Shown: positions 19,243-26,452 of the stretch, one piece after another
How positions within the stretch are numbered: the first letter of the stretch is position 1
Layout: each line of letters starts with the position of its first letter
Assembly: GCA_028293285.1 (NCBI GenBank)
Contig: JAQGPC010000268.1
Span: 4,024-68,023 of the forward strand
Direction: 5' to 3'
From: Pedosphaera sp.
Lineage (GTDB): Bacteria; Verrucomicrobiota; Verrucomicrobiia; Limisphaerales; Pedosphaeraceae
Length of the DNA: 64,000 bases
Position numbers and translations under genes: made by a program
The notes under the pieces: generated by a model
Seen by the model: only the letters and a program-made list of their open reading frames with translations
Database searches by the model: none
What the model was told of the DNA's origin: nothing

Positions 19243-20508
19243 GTGTCGGGGTCAGTCGTTGCTGTTATAATAATGAATGTTCCCTTTAACGCGCTGGCGG
19301 CAGTTTATCACTTCCTTCGCACCGGGCTGCGCGGTCTGTCAAAGTCAGGCTTTATTGCTCATTTCCCGCCCACTTTATTCAAACAACTTCGCGGCACGAC
19401 CCTTTCCGCATCGCTTCTGGTTTACCTTGCCACTCCCTCACGTTCGCGTGGCGAGAATTCAGTGACCGCCAAATACGAAAATTACAAGGAGGACGGCCAC
19501 CGGATGGAAATCACCACCACCGGCTTGCAGTTTGATACTTCCCTGACCACTTCGCTCCGGGCAAGTGGCGAACTGATTTATGACAGCATCTCCGGCGCCA
19601 CGCCCACCGGCGCGCCACCGCCGCCCGGCAGCGACCAGGTTCCGCTCGCGCGGTTGCGAGATATCCGGCGTGGCGGCTTTCTCGAACTCAGCCAGAGCTG
19701 GGGGCCGCAAACCTTCTCGCCTCAGTTCGCCTACAGCAAGGAAGGTGATTATGTTTCGTATGGCGCAGCGCTGAATTACTCGCTCGACCTCAATCAAAAG
19801 AACACCACGCTCAAACTGGGCCTCGCCAATAACTTTGACGATGTCCTACCCGGCCATTCCTCTTTCCTCAAAAAAGAGCAGGACAAAAATACTTTTGCAG
19901 CAATTGCGGGAATCACCCAACTACTCACCCCGAAAACAATTCTCACGGTCAATGGCAGCGTCAGCTTTGAATCCGGTTATCTTACCGACCCCTATCGTGG
20001 ATTTACCTTCGAGAGCTTTCCGGGCGCTTTATTCCCTGAGCTTCGGCCTCACCATCGCAATGGGCAGAGTCTATATGTGTTGTTGACCCAGTTTATCACG
20101 CCGGTGAATGCGAGTGTCGAGAGCAGTTATCGTTTGCACCATGACAGCTTCGGCATCTGGAGTCATACGCTGGAATTGGATTGGCTTCAGAAAGTCGGTT
20201 CCGACGTCATTTTCCAGCCATTCGTGCGGTATTACCACCAGACCGCCGCTGATTTCTACTTTGTGCAATTGCCCACCGACCCGATAATCGATCCCACCGT
20301 AGTGCCAGCGTTTTATTCGGCTGACTATCGCCTTGCACGTATGGAAACCTGGACGGTCGGCTTGAAGGCGATCATTAAAGTATGCGACCACTTTTCGCTT
20401 AACGGCGCTTATCAACGTTACGAGATGTTAGGCCGGGATGGTGAAACCTCGCCCAGCGCATTTCCCAAGGCAAATATCTTTACCGTGGGAGGCACGTTAT
20501 GGTTCTGA
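19243..20508 (+). CDS. DUF3570 domain-containing protein (predicted outer-membrane beta-barrel)
   Basis: 'YENYKEDGHRMEITTTGLQF...SGELIYDSISGATPTG' and alternating beta-strand-like sequence ending in '...GGTLWF' (C-terminal aromatic). The start is uncertain; an alternative ATG lies at 19273. Confidence 0.75.
   Translation: MSGSVVAVIIMNVPFNALAAVYHFLRTGLRGLSKSGFIAHFPPTLFKQLRGTTLSASLLVYLATPSRSRGENSVTAKYENYKEDGHRMEITTTGLQFDTSLTTSLRASGELIYDSISGATPTGAPPPPGSDQVPLARLRDIRRGGFLELSQSWGPQTFSPQFAYSKEGDYVSYGAALNYSLDLNQKNTTLKLGLANNFDDVLPGHSSFLKKEQDKNTFAAIAGITQLLTPKTILTVNGSVSFESGYLTDPYRGFTFESFPGALFPELRPHHRNGQSLYVLLTQFITPVNASVESSYRLHHDSFGIWSHTLELDWLQKVGSDVIFQPFVRYYHQTAADFYFVQLPTDPIIDPTVVPAFYSADYRLARMETWTVGLKAIIKVCDHFSLNGAYQRYEMLGRDGETSPSAFPKANIFTVGGTLWF
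19582..19602 (+). other. candidate ApbE flavinylation acceptor motif 'DSISGAT' within DUF3570
   Basis: Codons gac-agc-atc-tcc-ggc-gcc-acg encode D-S-I-S-G-A-T. This matches the D-x-x-[ST]-G-A-[ST] FMN-acceptor consensus of NqrC/RnfG-type ApbE substrates. Confidence 0.5.
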
Positions 20509-21485
20509 CGGAAAATCCCGTCATTAACCGCATCCGCGCTTCCCTGCGCGAGCAGACGCGCGCCAACATTCATGAAGTCACCTTTCATGCCATGGGAACT
20601 CCGTGCCGAATGTTGTTTCGCGCCACACCTCAACTTGCCAGCGCATTCAGTAGCGAGGCCCTCTGCTGGGTCGCAGACTTCGAAGCTCGTTATTCACGGT
20701 TCCTGCCTGACAGCCTTATCAGCCGCATCAACGCCGCGGCGGGGCAACACTGGGTCGAAACCGATCCTGAAACCGATCGCTTGTTGGCCCTCTGCCACGA
20801 ACTGAACTTTATTACCCAGGGAGTGTTTGATCCCACTTCGCTGCCGCTCATCCGCCTGTGGGATTGGAAAGCGAACCCGCCGCGAATTCCCGAGGATGAG
20901 GCAATCGCGGCAACCCTGCGCCTGGTGGGTTGGCGTAAACTTCAGCGCGCCCCCGGCAAGGTTTTTCTGCCCGAGCCAGGCATGGCGCTTGATTTCGGCG
21001 GTGTCGGCAAGGAATACGCTGTGGATCAGGTTTCCGCTTTAGCGGTCGCACGCGGCATTGCCGATGTATTGGTGGATTTCGGCGCGGATGTGCGCGTACA
21101 AGGCACACCGCCAGAAGGACGGGGCGCGTGGCACATCGGTTTGCAGGACCCGAAACAGCCCAGTCGTTGCTGGGGCAGCGTGGCGGTCCAAAATGCCGCC
21201 GTCGCCACGTCCGGCGATTACCTCCGCTGTTTCACGGCCAATGGTCGCCGCTATGGGCACATCCTTGATGTGCGCACCGGTCGCCCCGTGGAAAATGGTT
21301 GCCTGGCGGTGAGCATTATTTCGCCGAGTTGCACTCGCGCCGGCATGCTCGCCACCACGGCCTTCGTACTCGGCCCGCAGGCAGGATTGCATTTGATCGA
21401 TTCCACCTTCCAGGCGGAAGGCTGCATCATCACCGAACAGAACAGACTCACCAGCAAAAGATTTTATGATCATTTCGTTTCGTAA
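20499..21485 (+). CDS. apbE: FAD:protein FMN transferase
   Basis: 328-aa ORF. 'FHAMGTPCRMLF', 'FDPTSLPLIRLW', 'LDFGGVGKEYAVD' and 'VATSGDY' are typical of the ApbE family. It overlaps DUF3570 by 10 nt. Confidence 0.9.
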   Translation: MVLTENPVINRIRASLREQTRANIHEVTFHAMGTPCRMLFRATPQLASAFSSEALCWVADFEARYSRFLPDSLISRINAAAGQHWVETDPETDRLLALCHELNFITQGVFDPTSLPLIRLWDWKANPPRIPEDEAIAATLRLVGWRKLQRAPGKVFLPEPGMALDFGGVGKEYAVDQVSALAVARGIADVLVDFGADVRVQGTPPEGRGAWHIGLQDPKQPSRCWGSVAVQNAAVATSGDYLRCFTANGRRYGHILDVRTGRPVENGCLAVSIISPSCTRAGMLATTAFVLGPQAGLHLIDSTFQAEGCIITEQNRLTSKRFYDHFVS

Positions 21486-21987
21486 ATTACGGACTCCTTT
21501 TACGCTGTGCGCGCTTTCTCTGCTCATGGTCACACACTTGTGCGCCGCCGATTTGAAAGTGGGCGACTCTTTTCCCGATCTCGCCGGCTTTAATCTCGAT
21601 GGCAAACTGCCTGAATGGAAAGGCAAGATAGTCCTGGTGGATTTCTGGGCTTCCTGGTGCGGCCCGTGCAAACAGTCTTTTCCGACGATGAACGAACTGC
21701 AAAAACGCTACGGCGAAAAAGGCTTTGTTGTAATCGCGATCAATGTAGATGAAAACAGCAAGGATTATGAAGCTTTCCTCCGCAAAATGCCCGCTGAATT
21801 TGCCGTGCTTCGCGACTCAAAACAAAAGCTTGTGGCTGCCGTGAATGCCGCAACCATGCCCACTTCGTTCCTGTTGGACACGCAGGGCAAAGTCCGCCAT
21901 CTGCATTCGGGCTATAAAGCCAAAACCCGGGAAGAATACATTCATGAAATTGAAGCCCTGTTGATCCAACCCTCTCCCAAGCCATGA
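21466..21987 (+). CDS. TlpA-family thiol:disulfide oxidoreductase
   Basis: Signal peptide, then the 'VLVDFWASWCGPCKQSFP' CxxC redoxin motif. It overlaps apbE by 20 nt. Confidence 0.88.
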   Translation: MIISFRKLRTPFTLCALSLLMVTHLCAADLKVGDSFPDLAGFNLDGKLPEWKGKIVLVDFWASWCGPCKQSFPTMNELQKRYGEKGFVVIAINVDENSKDYEAFLRKMPAEFAVLRDSKQKLVAAVNAATMPTSFLLDTQGKVRHLHSGYKAKTREEYIHEIEALLIQPSPKP

Positions 21988-22208
21988 AAACAGCCATACG
22001 TTTCGCCACCTTCACCGCTTTTGTCCCGCTATTGTTGCTGACCGGTTGCACCAACATCAAACCTTGGGAGCGCGGCACCCTTTCCGACTACACCATGCGC
22101 CAGGAGCGCGACCCGTTAAGCACTGCCATGAGCGAGCATGTTTGGTTCTCGCGGGAAGCCACCACCGGAGGCCGCGGTGTTGGCGGAGGCGGCTGCGGCT
22201 GCAATTAA
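21984..22208 (+). CDS. DUF4266 domain-containing lipoprotein
   Basis: Lipobox 'LLTGC' followed by 'KPWERGTLSDYTMR...EHVWFSREATTGG', as in DUF4266. There is an ATGA start/stop overlap with the TlpA gene. Confidence 0.75.
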   Translation: MKTAIRFATFTAFVPLLLLTGCTNIKPWERGTLSDYTMRQERDPLSTAMSEHVWFSREATTGGRGVGGGGCGCN

Positions 22209-22242
22209 ACCAACCTCGTTTCAACTCTTAATAACTAATAAC

Positions 22243-23223
22243 ATGAAAACACGTCGCATCCCTTCACTGTTACTGGCTTTATTTCTTCAGGCTGCTCCGT
22301 TGCTCCGCCTGGGTTCATCCACACTTGCCCTGCCCTGCTCCTCCTCAATCGCGGTCGTGTGCCAGTGGGCGATTGCCGCCGTGGCGGTTCTTGGCAGTTG
22401 CCATGCGGTTTCGGGCGCCTCCGCCCTCATCACAGGTTTGATCAAATATAACGGCAACACCGCTGTGGGCGGGCCAACGAACAAGGTCATCGAAGCGTCC
22501 GGAGTTGTTTTTAAATATCGTATCGGCGTGGCCAACACGGGAACCGACTTTGCCCAGGATTTTTGGAATGCCACTCCGTTACCGCCGGGCTTGACCATCA
22601 GCACCGCTGTCGGTGGCAACGGATTTATTACGGGCACGCCCACCGGAGCGTGGTCGAATATTGTCACTATCACGGCCGGCAATATGAATTCCAGCCCTCC
22701 CTCGATCCACACGAACGTCACCCTCGTCATTCTCGCCGGCGTGTCAGCCCCGGCTATTACTGCCCAGCCCGCAAGCGTGAAGGTCGTGCCCTCGAAGAGC
22801 GCCGCGTTTTCAGTCACCGCGACAGGCAATCCATCCCCGGCGTTTCAATGGCGGAAGGATGGAACTAATTTAATTAATAAGACGGGCACTGCTCTGAGCA
22901 TTTCTTCCGTTGGCGCTGCCGATGTGGGGATGTACACAGTGGTGGCCAGCAACAGCCAGGGTTCCATTACCAGCGCCCCACCCGCCTCGCTCAGCTTGGC
23001 AGCCATTCCGAGCATCAGTTCGGCAACGACATCGGGAAATAGTTTTAAACTGACTTTTCTCGCGGAGGCCGGCATTCCGTACACTGTCGAAAGTTCTTCA
23101 GTCGTCTCGTCCAATGTCTGGCAGGTGTTTACCAATATACCGTCGCAAACCGTGAACACGCAGCTTACCGTCTCCGACTCCATCACCGGCAGCACAACCA
23201 AATTTTACCGGGTCCGGGAATAA
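22243..23223 (+). CDS. secreted Ig-like (I-set) domain protein
   Basis: The signal peptide runs from the ATG at 22243 ('MKTRRIPSLLLALFL'). 'PAITAQPASVKV...FSVTATGNPSPAFQWRKDG...ADVGMYTVVASNSQGS' is an Ig I-set-like domain. The C-terminal tail is 'TKFYRVRE'. Confidence 0.7.
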   Translation: MKTRRIPSLLLALFLQAAPLLRLGSSTLALPCSSSIAVVCQWAIAAVAVLGSCHAVSGASALITGLIKYNGNTAVGGPTNKVIEASGVVFKYRIGVANTGTDFAQDFWNATPLPPGLTISTAVGGNGFITGTPTGAWSNIVTITAGNMNSSPPSIHTNVTLVILAGVSAPAITAQPASVKVVPSKSAAFSVTATGNPSPAFQWRKDGTNLINKTGTALSISSVGAADVGMYTVVASNSQGSITSAPPASLSLAAIPSISSATTSGNSFKLTFLAEAGIPYTVESSSVVSSNVWQVFTNIPSQTVNTQLTVSDSITGSTTKFYRVRE

Positions 23224-23292
23224 GTTTTAACCATGTAGTCCAATTGTGTGATGCCTCGTAAAAGGGTCCGTCCGTTGCGGCGGGGGATCCAT

Positions 23293-23390
23293 AAGGCTTC
23301 GCTCGACAAGCTCCAGATTCCCAACACGGAACAGAAGGAATTGCTCGCTGTTATTGAAAGCACGCGGCCGGAGATTGTCACGGTGCGGTA
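23293..23390 (+). pseudogene. 3'-terminal relic (32 codons plus stop) of a second truncated-haemoglobin gene
   Basis: It encodes 'KASLDKLQIPNTEQKELLAVIESTRPEIVTVR*'. The last 32 codons of the 17997-18716 gene differ at 10 of 99 nt, and 8 of the 9 changed codons are synonymous. A REP2 copy follows, as at the intact gene. Confidence 0.75.
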
Positions 23391-23392
23391 GA

Positions 23393-23440
23393 AGAGTTGG
23401 GTGTTATAAATTATTTTTGAAGCGGAGTTAGAGCCTCCTA
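23393..23440 (+). repeat. REP2 extragenic repeat, partial copy 2
   Basis: '...ttatttttgaagcggagttagagcctcct' aligns with the central part of the 18724-18782 copy. Confidence 0.5.
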
Positions 23441-23443
23441 GCG

Positions 23444-23596
23444 GGCGTGTTGCCTAAATCGGGAAAGCTGTAAAAGACGGTTGCCCAGGTTGTTTTACAG
23501 TCTGGAAAGGACTAAGAATCTTGCCTGTTTAACGTGCTGCAGCCGGGGGTCTTTCCAGACTGGCTTTGCCGCGCTCCGGGATTTGGGCAACACGCC
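23444..23596. repeat. 153-bp nested palindromic element
   Basis: The outer inverted repeat is 'ggcgtgttgcctaaatc' (23444-23460) against 'gatttgggcaacacgcc' (23580-23596), with 1 mismatch. The inner perfect 12-bp inverted repeat is 'cagtctggaaag' (23498-23509) against 'ctttccagactg' (23551-23562). Confidence 0.65.
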
Positions 23597-23785
23597 TAAA
23601 TTTCAAAAACCATCATTCCTTTTGATCCGGCTGCTTGAGAATTGCGCCGCGATGCATCAGGTGCTAGATATACGGGGAACGACACGTCGCACGATTGGAA
23701 AAGAACGAGAGCGCAAATTAAACATCCCATGCCCGCTCATTCAACGTTTTAGTGAGCGAGCGAAATTAATCAAGAAAGACAAAAC

Positions 23786-24175
23786 ATGAGTTCACCAAAG
23801 AAAAAAATGGCCGCGAACATCGTATGGTTTGAAATCCCGGCGGACAACATCGAACGCGCGAGGAAGTTTTACGGCGCGTTGTTCGGCTGGAAAATCAAAC
23901 AGTTTCCCGGGATGGCGGACTACTGGCACATTGACACCGGCGGCGGTGACGACACGCCCGATGGCGGATTGATGGCCCGCAAGCAACCGGAACAGGCGAT
24001 CACCAACTATATCAACGTGAAGTCGTTGACCCAATCCATGGCGAAGCTCAAGAAACTTGGCGGCAAAATCTGCATGCCGAGAACTGCCGTGCCGCAGATG
24101 GGCTATTTTGCCATTTGCCAGGACACCGAGAAGAATACGTTCGCCCTCTGGGAAAAGAACGAAAAAGCAAAATAG
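23786..24175 (+). CDS. VOC (glyoxalase/bleomycin-resistance) family protein
   Basis: 129-aa ORF. 'VWFEIPADNIERARKFYGALFGWK' is typical of the VOC N-terminal betaalphabetabetabeta module. Confidence 0.85.
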   Translation: MSSPKKKMAANIVWFEIPADNIERARKFYGALFGWKIKQFPGMADYWHIDTGGGDDTPDGGLMARKQPEQAITNYINVKSLTQSMAKLKKLGGKICMPRTAVPQMGYFAICQDTEKNTFALWEKNEKAK

Positions 24176-24206
24176 ATGTTCTCAAAACTTTTGTTCATTC
24201 TTAGCG

Positions 24207-24267
24207 AACTGAGCGTTGCAATTCATTTTCGAAGAGGAGTTAGAGCCTCCTTACGTCGGCTCCTACC
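24207..24267 (+). repeat. REP2 extragenic repeat, copy 3
   Basis: 'aactgagcgttgcaattcattttcgaagaggagttagagcctccttacgtcggctcctacc' lies downstream of the VOC stop and is near-identical to 18721-18782. Confidence 0.7.
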
Positions 24268-24430
24268 TTATATTGTAAATGGCGAGGTGGCGGGATTCCA
24301 ACATTTCGGTGCGCCTACCCTTGCAGGGTAGAAAAAATTATTCCCTCTTCCCAAGGTAGGTTCGCGTAAAAAATGGAAGCGCGAACCAACCTTGGGCTGA
24401 GCATTCAACCGTCCCGCCGGGACTCGGGGG

Positions 24431-24536
24431 CTGTAAAGGGATCGGTCCTAAGTAATGACACAATGGCGAACCAACCGACAGGTGAACTGCACGAAGAAAG
24501 CATGAAAGTGTCAATACTAAGGACCGACCACTTTAG
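24431..24536. mobile_element. REPIN/MITE-like doublet A (~106 bp)
   Basis: The terminal inverted repeats are 'taaagggatcggtcctaagtaatgacac' and 'gtgtcaatactaaggaccgaccacttta', around a ~46-bp core. These are the same ends as those flanking the Y1 transposase at 25372-26402. Confidence 0.8.
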
Positions 24537-24571
24537 AAACAGTCCGCCACTATTTTAACAATGGAGAGCCA

Positions 24572-25312
24572 ATGAATTATTATGTTCTTAAATCTGTTCA
24601 GCCTGTCCAGCGTGAAGGCAGGGGTGCCGGTTACCCGTTTATAATTCCCGGGGCCCATTGTTCGGTGTGTGGACACACATGGGGTAGTTATGTTCCCATA
24701 CCCCAATTATGCCCCATCGAGTTTCGAACCAGACTAAAGCAGGAACGAGGTAATCCGTTGGAACTCAATGTGCATCGTGATTTGATTCTCGACATCACCA
24801 GCAGCCTGGGAATCAGCTTTGCTGAGGTTCGCCCTGGGGACTGTTTGATGCCGAGTTTATCCCCAATGCCCGTGCAAAAAGACGATTTTGTCTGGACATG
24901 GCTTCCGACAGCGATCTTTGTTTCTGACCGCGCGAAGAGGGGATTTGAGACTCAAGCGTTTCGAGGACCATCCTTTTTTAAACCATTCCATTATACTTCG
25001 GATGAGGAGCAGGCTCAGTTGGAAGCCAAGCTATGGTCAGCCCAAAATGTCGAGTCAACATCACCCTTTTGGGAGATGACTTGTCCGTATATCTTTAATT
25101 TTCCGGATTTGAAGTCAGAGCACTTTGTTTGTGGCAATTGCCGCCGAGGGGATTTGAAAGTCATTCCAACGGACTTATTGGCTTCCTTGGTGGCACAGTT
25201 TGATATAATTAGGGTTAAGGGGCTAAATGAACTTGTAGTTAGTAGCAGGGTGAAAGATTTTATTGAAAAAGAGGGTTTTACCAATGCAAGTTGTGTCAGA
25301 TCTTTTCCATAA
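24572..25312 (+). CDS. double-CXXC(G) motif protein (possible Imm11-like immunity family)
   Basis: 246-aa ORF with 'HCSVCGHTW' (C30/C33/G34) and 'FVCGNCRRG' (C187/C190). The C-terminal end 'LVVSSRVKDFIEKEGFTNASCV' resembles the double-CXXCG paralogous family (TIGR02264), from memory. Confidence 0.5.
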   Translation: MNYYVLKSVQPVQREGRGAGYPFIIPGAHCSVCGHTWGSYVPIPQLCPIEFRTRLKQERGNPLELNVHRDLILDITSSLGISFAEVRPGDCLMPSLSPMPVQKDDFVWTWLPTAIFVSDRAKRGFETQAFRGPSFFKPFHYTSDEEQAQLEAKLWSAQNVESTSPFWEMTCPYIFNFPDLKSEHFVCGNCRRGDLKVIPTDLLASLVAQFDIIRVKGLNELVVSSRVKDFIEKEGFTNASCVRSFP

Positions 25313-25371
25313 AGGAGGACATTGACCTTGCGAATTCCCATTAACAAAATGCTGTCGCACACGTACGAGGC

Positions 25372-26402
25372 AGTAAAGGGGTCGGTCCTGAGTATTGACA
25401 CATAGCGCTCTTTTTCCTAACTTCGCGCGATGCCGAGAAAGCTGCGCGTGCAATATCCGGGGGCTCTTTACCATGTCATGAACCGGGGCGACCGTCGCAA
25501 GCCTATTTTCCAGGACGACACCGACCGGCAGATCTTCATCGAAACCCTGGCGCAGGCTTGTGAAAAGACTGCCTGGCAGGTGCATGCCTATTGCCTCATG
25601 AACAATCATTTTCATTTCGTCGTCGAGACGCCGCAGGGCAACCTGGTCGCTGGCATGAAATGGCTGCTCTCCACCTACACGATGCGCTTCAACCGGCGGC
25701 ACAAGTACTTTGGCCATCTCTTCAGCGGCCGTTACAAGGCGCTGATCGTCGATGGCAGCGGGACGGGCTATCTCAAGAGTGTTTGTGATTATGTCCATCT
25801 CAATCCCGCGCGGGCCAAATTGCTCACGGAGCGGCAGAAGCTCACGGCCCATGTGTGGAGCAGCTATCCTGATTATCTGAAACCCAAAAAGAAACGGCCC
25901 GCGTGGCTGCGCACCGACCGCTTGCTGGGCGAGCATGGCATCTCGAAGGACAGCTCCGCGGGCTTGCGCGAGTTTGCGTTGCGCGTGGAGGCGCGCCGCC
26001 ACGAGGAAGGCAGCCTGGAGCAGTACAAGAAGATCCGCCGGGGCTGGTGCCTGGGTGAGCCCGGCTTCCGCAAGGAACTTCTCGAACAGATGCACGGGCA
26101 ATTGGGCGAGCACCATGACGGCCCTGAGAAGCTGGAGAGCGCCGAGGAGAAGGCTGAAGGCATCATTACGCAGGAACTCAAAAAACTGCGCTGGAAGGAG
26201 GGTGATCTTGAGCGCCGCCGCAAGGGAGACCCTCAGAAAGTGCGCATGGCCGCGCGGTTGAGAAAAGAAACGACGGTCACTCTGAAATGGATCGCACAAC
26301 GTTTGCACATGGGCGCGTGGACGCACGTGACGAACCGATTATACTGGGCCAAACGAAAGCAAAATAAATGATTTGTGTCATTACTCAGGACCGACCCCTT
26401 TG
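25372..26402 (+). mobile_element. autonomous REP/RAYT-type element (Y1 transposase flanked by inverted REP ends)
   Basis: The left end 'agtaaaggggtcggtcctgagtattgacac' (25372-25401) and right end 'gtgtcattactcaggaccgacccctttg' (26375-26402) are inverted repeats bracketing the CDS at 25430-26371. Confidence 0.8.
25430..26371 (+). CDS. IS200/IS605-like Y1 (HUH) transposase, RAYT-like, with C-terminal DnaA-type HTH
   Basis: 'YHVMNRGDRRKPIF', the HUH motif 'NHFHFVVET', the catalytic-Tyr region 'LFSGRYKALIV' and 'YVHLNPARAKL' together resemble COG1943/Y1_Tnp. The C-terminus is 'LKWIAQRLHMGAWTHVTNRLYWAKR'. Confidence 0.85.
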   Translation: MPRKLRVQYPGALYHVMNRGDRRKPIFQDDTDRQIFIETLAQACEKTAWQVHAYCLMNNHFHFVVETPQGNLVAGMKWLLSTYTMRFNRRHKYFGHLFSGRYKALIVDGSGTGYLKSVCDYVHLNPARAKLLTERQKLTAHVWSSYPDYLKPKKKRPAWLRTDRLLGEHGISKDSSAGLREFALRVEARRHEEGSLEQYKKIRRGWCLGEPGFRKELLEQMHGQLGEHHDGPEKLESAEEKAEGIITQELKKLRWKEGDLERRRKGDPQKVRMAARLRKETTVTLKWIAQRLHMGAWTHVTNRLYWAKRKQNK

Positions 26403-26452
26403 CCCCTTTAAAAGTTTTTCGTGGATGAAGCAGCTTTCACTGCGTTCACCTG

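Noticed and set aside
23481-23789. A 102-aa plus-strand ORF upstream of the VOC gene.
   Set aside because: Its first half is the nested palindromic element (23444-23596). It has no motif and odd composition, and it ends by overlapping the VOC start.
25223-26326. A 367-aa minus-strand ORF opposite the Y1 transposase gene.
   Set aside because: The plus-strand frame carries clear HUH and Tyr motifs. The antisense ORF is low-complexity (L/A/R/Q-rich) and starts inside the neighbouring gene, so it is a shadow ORF.
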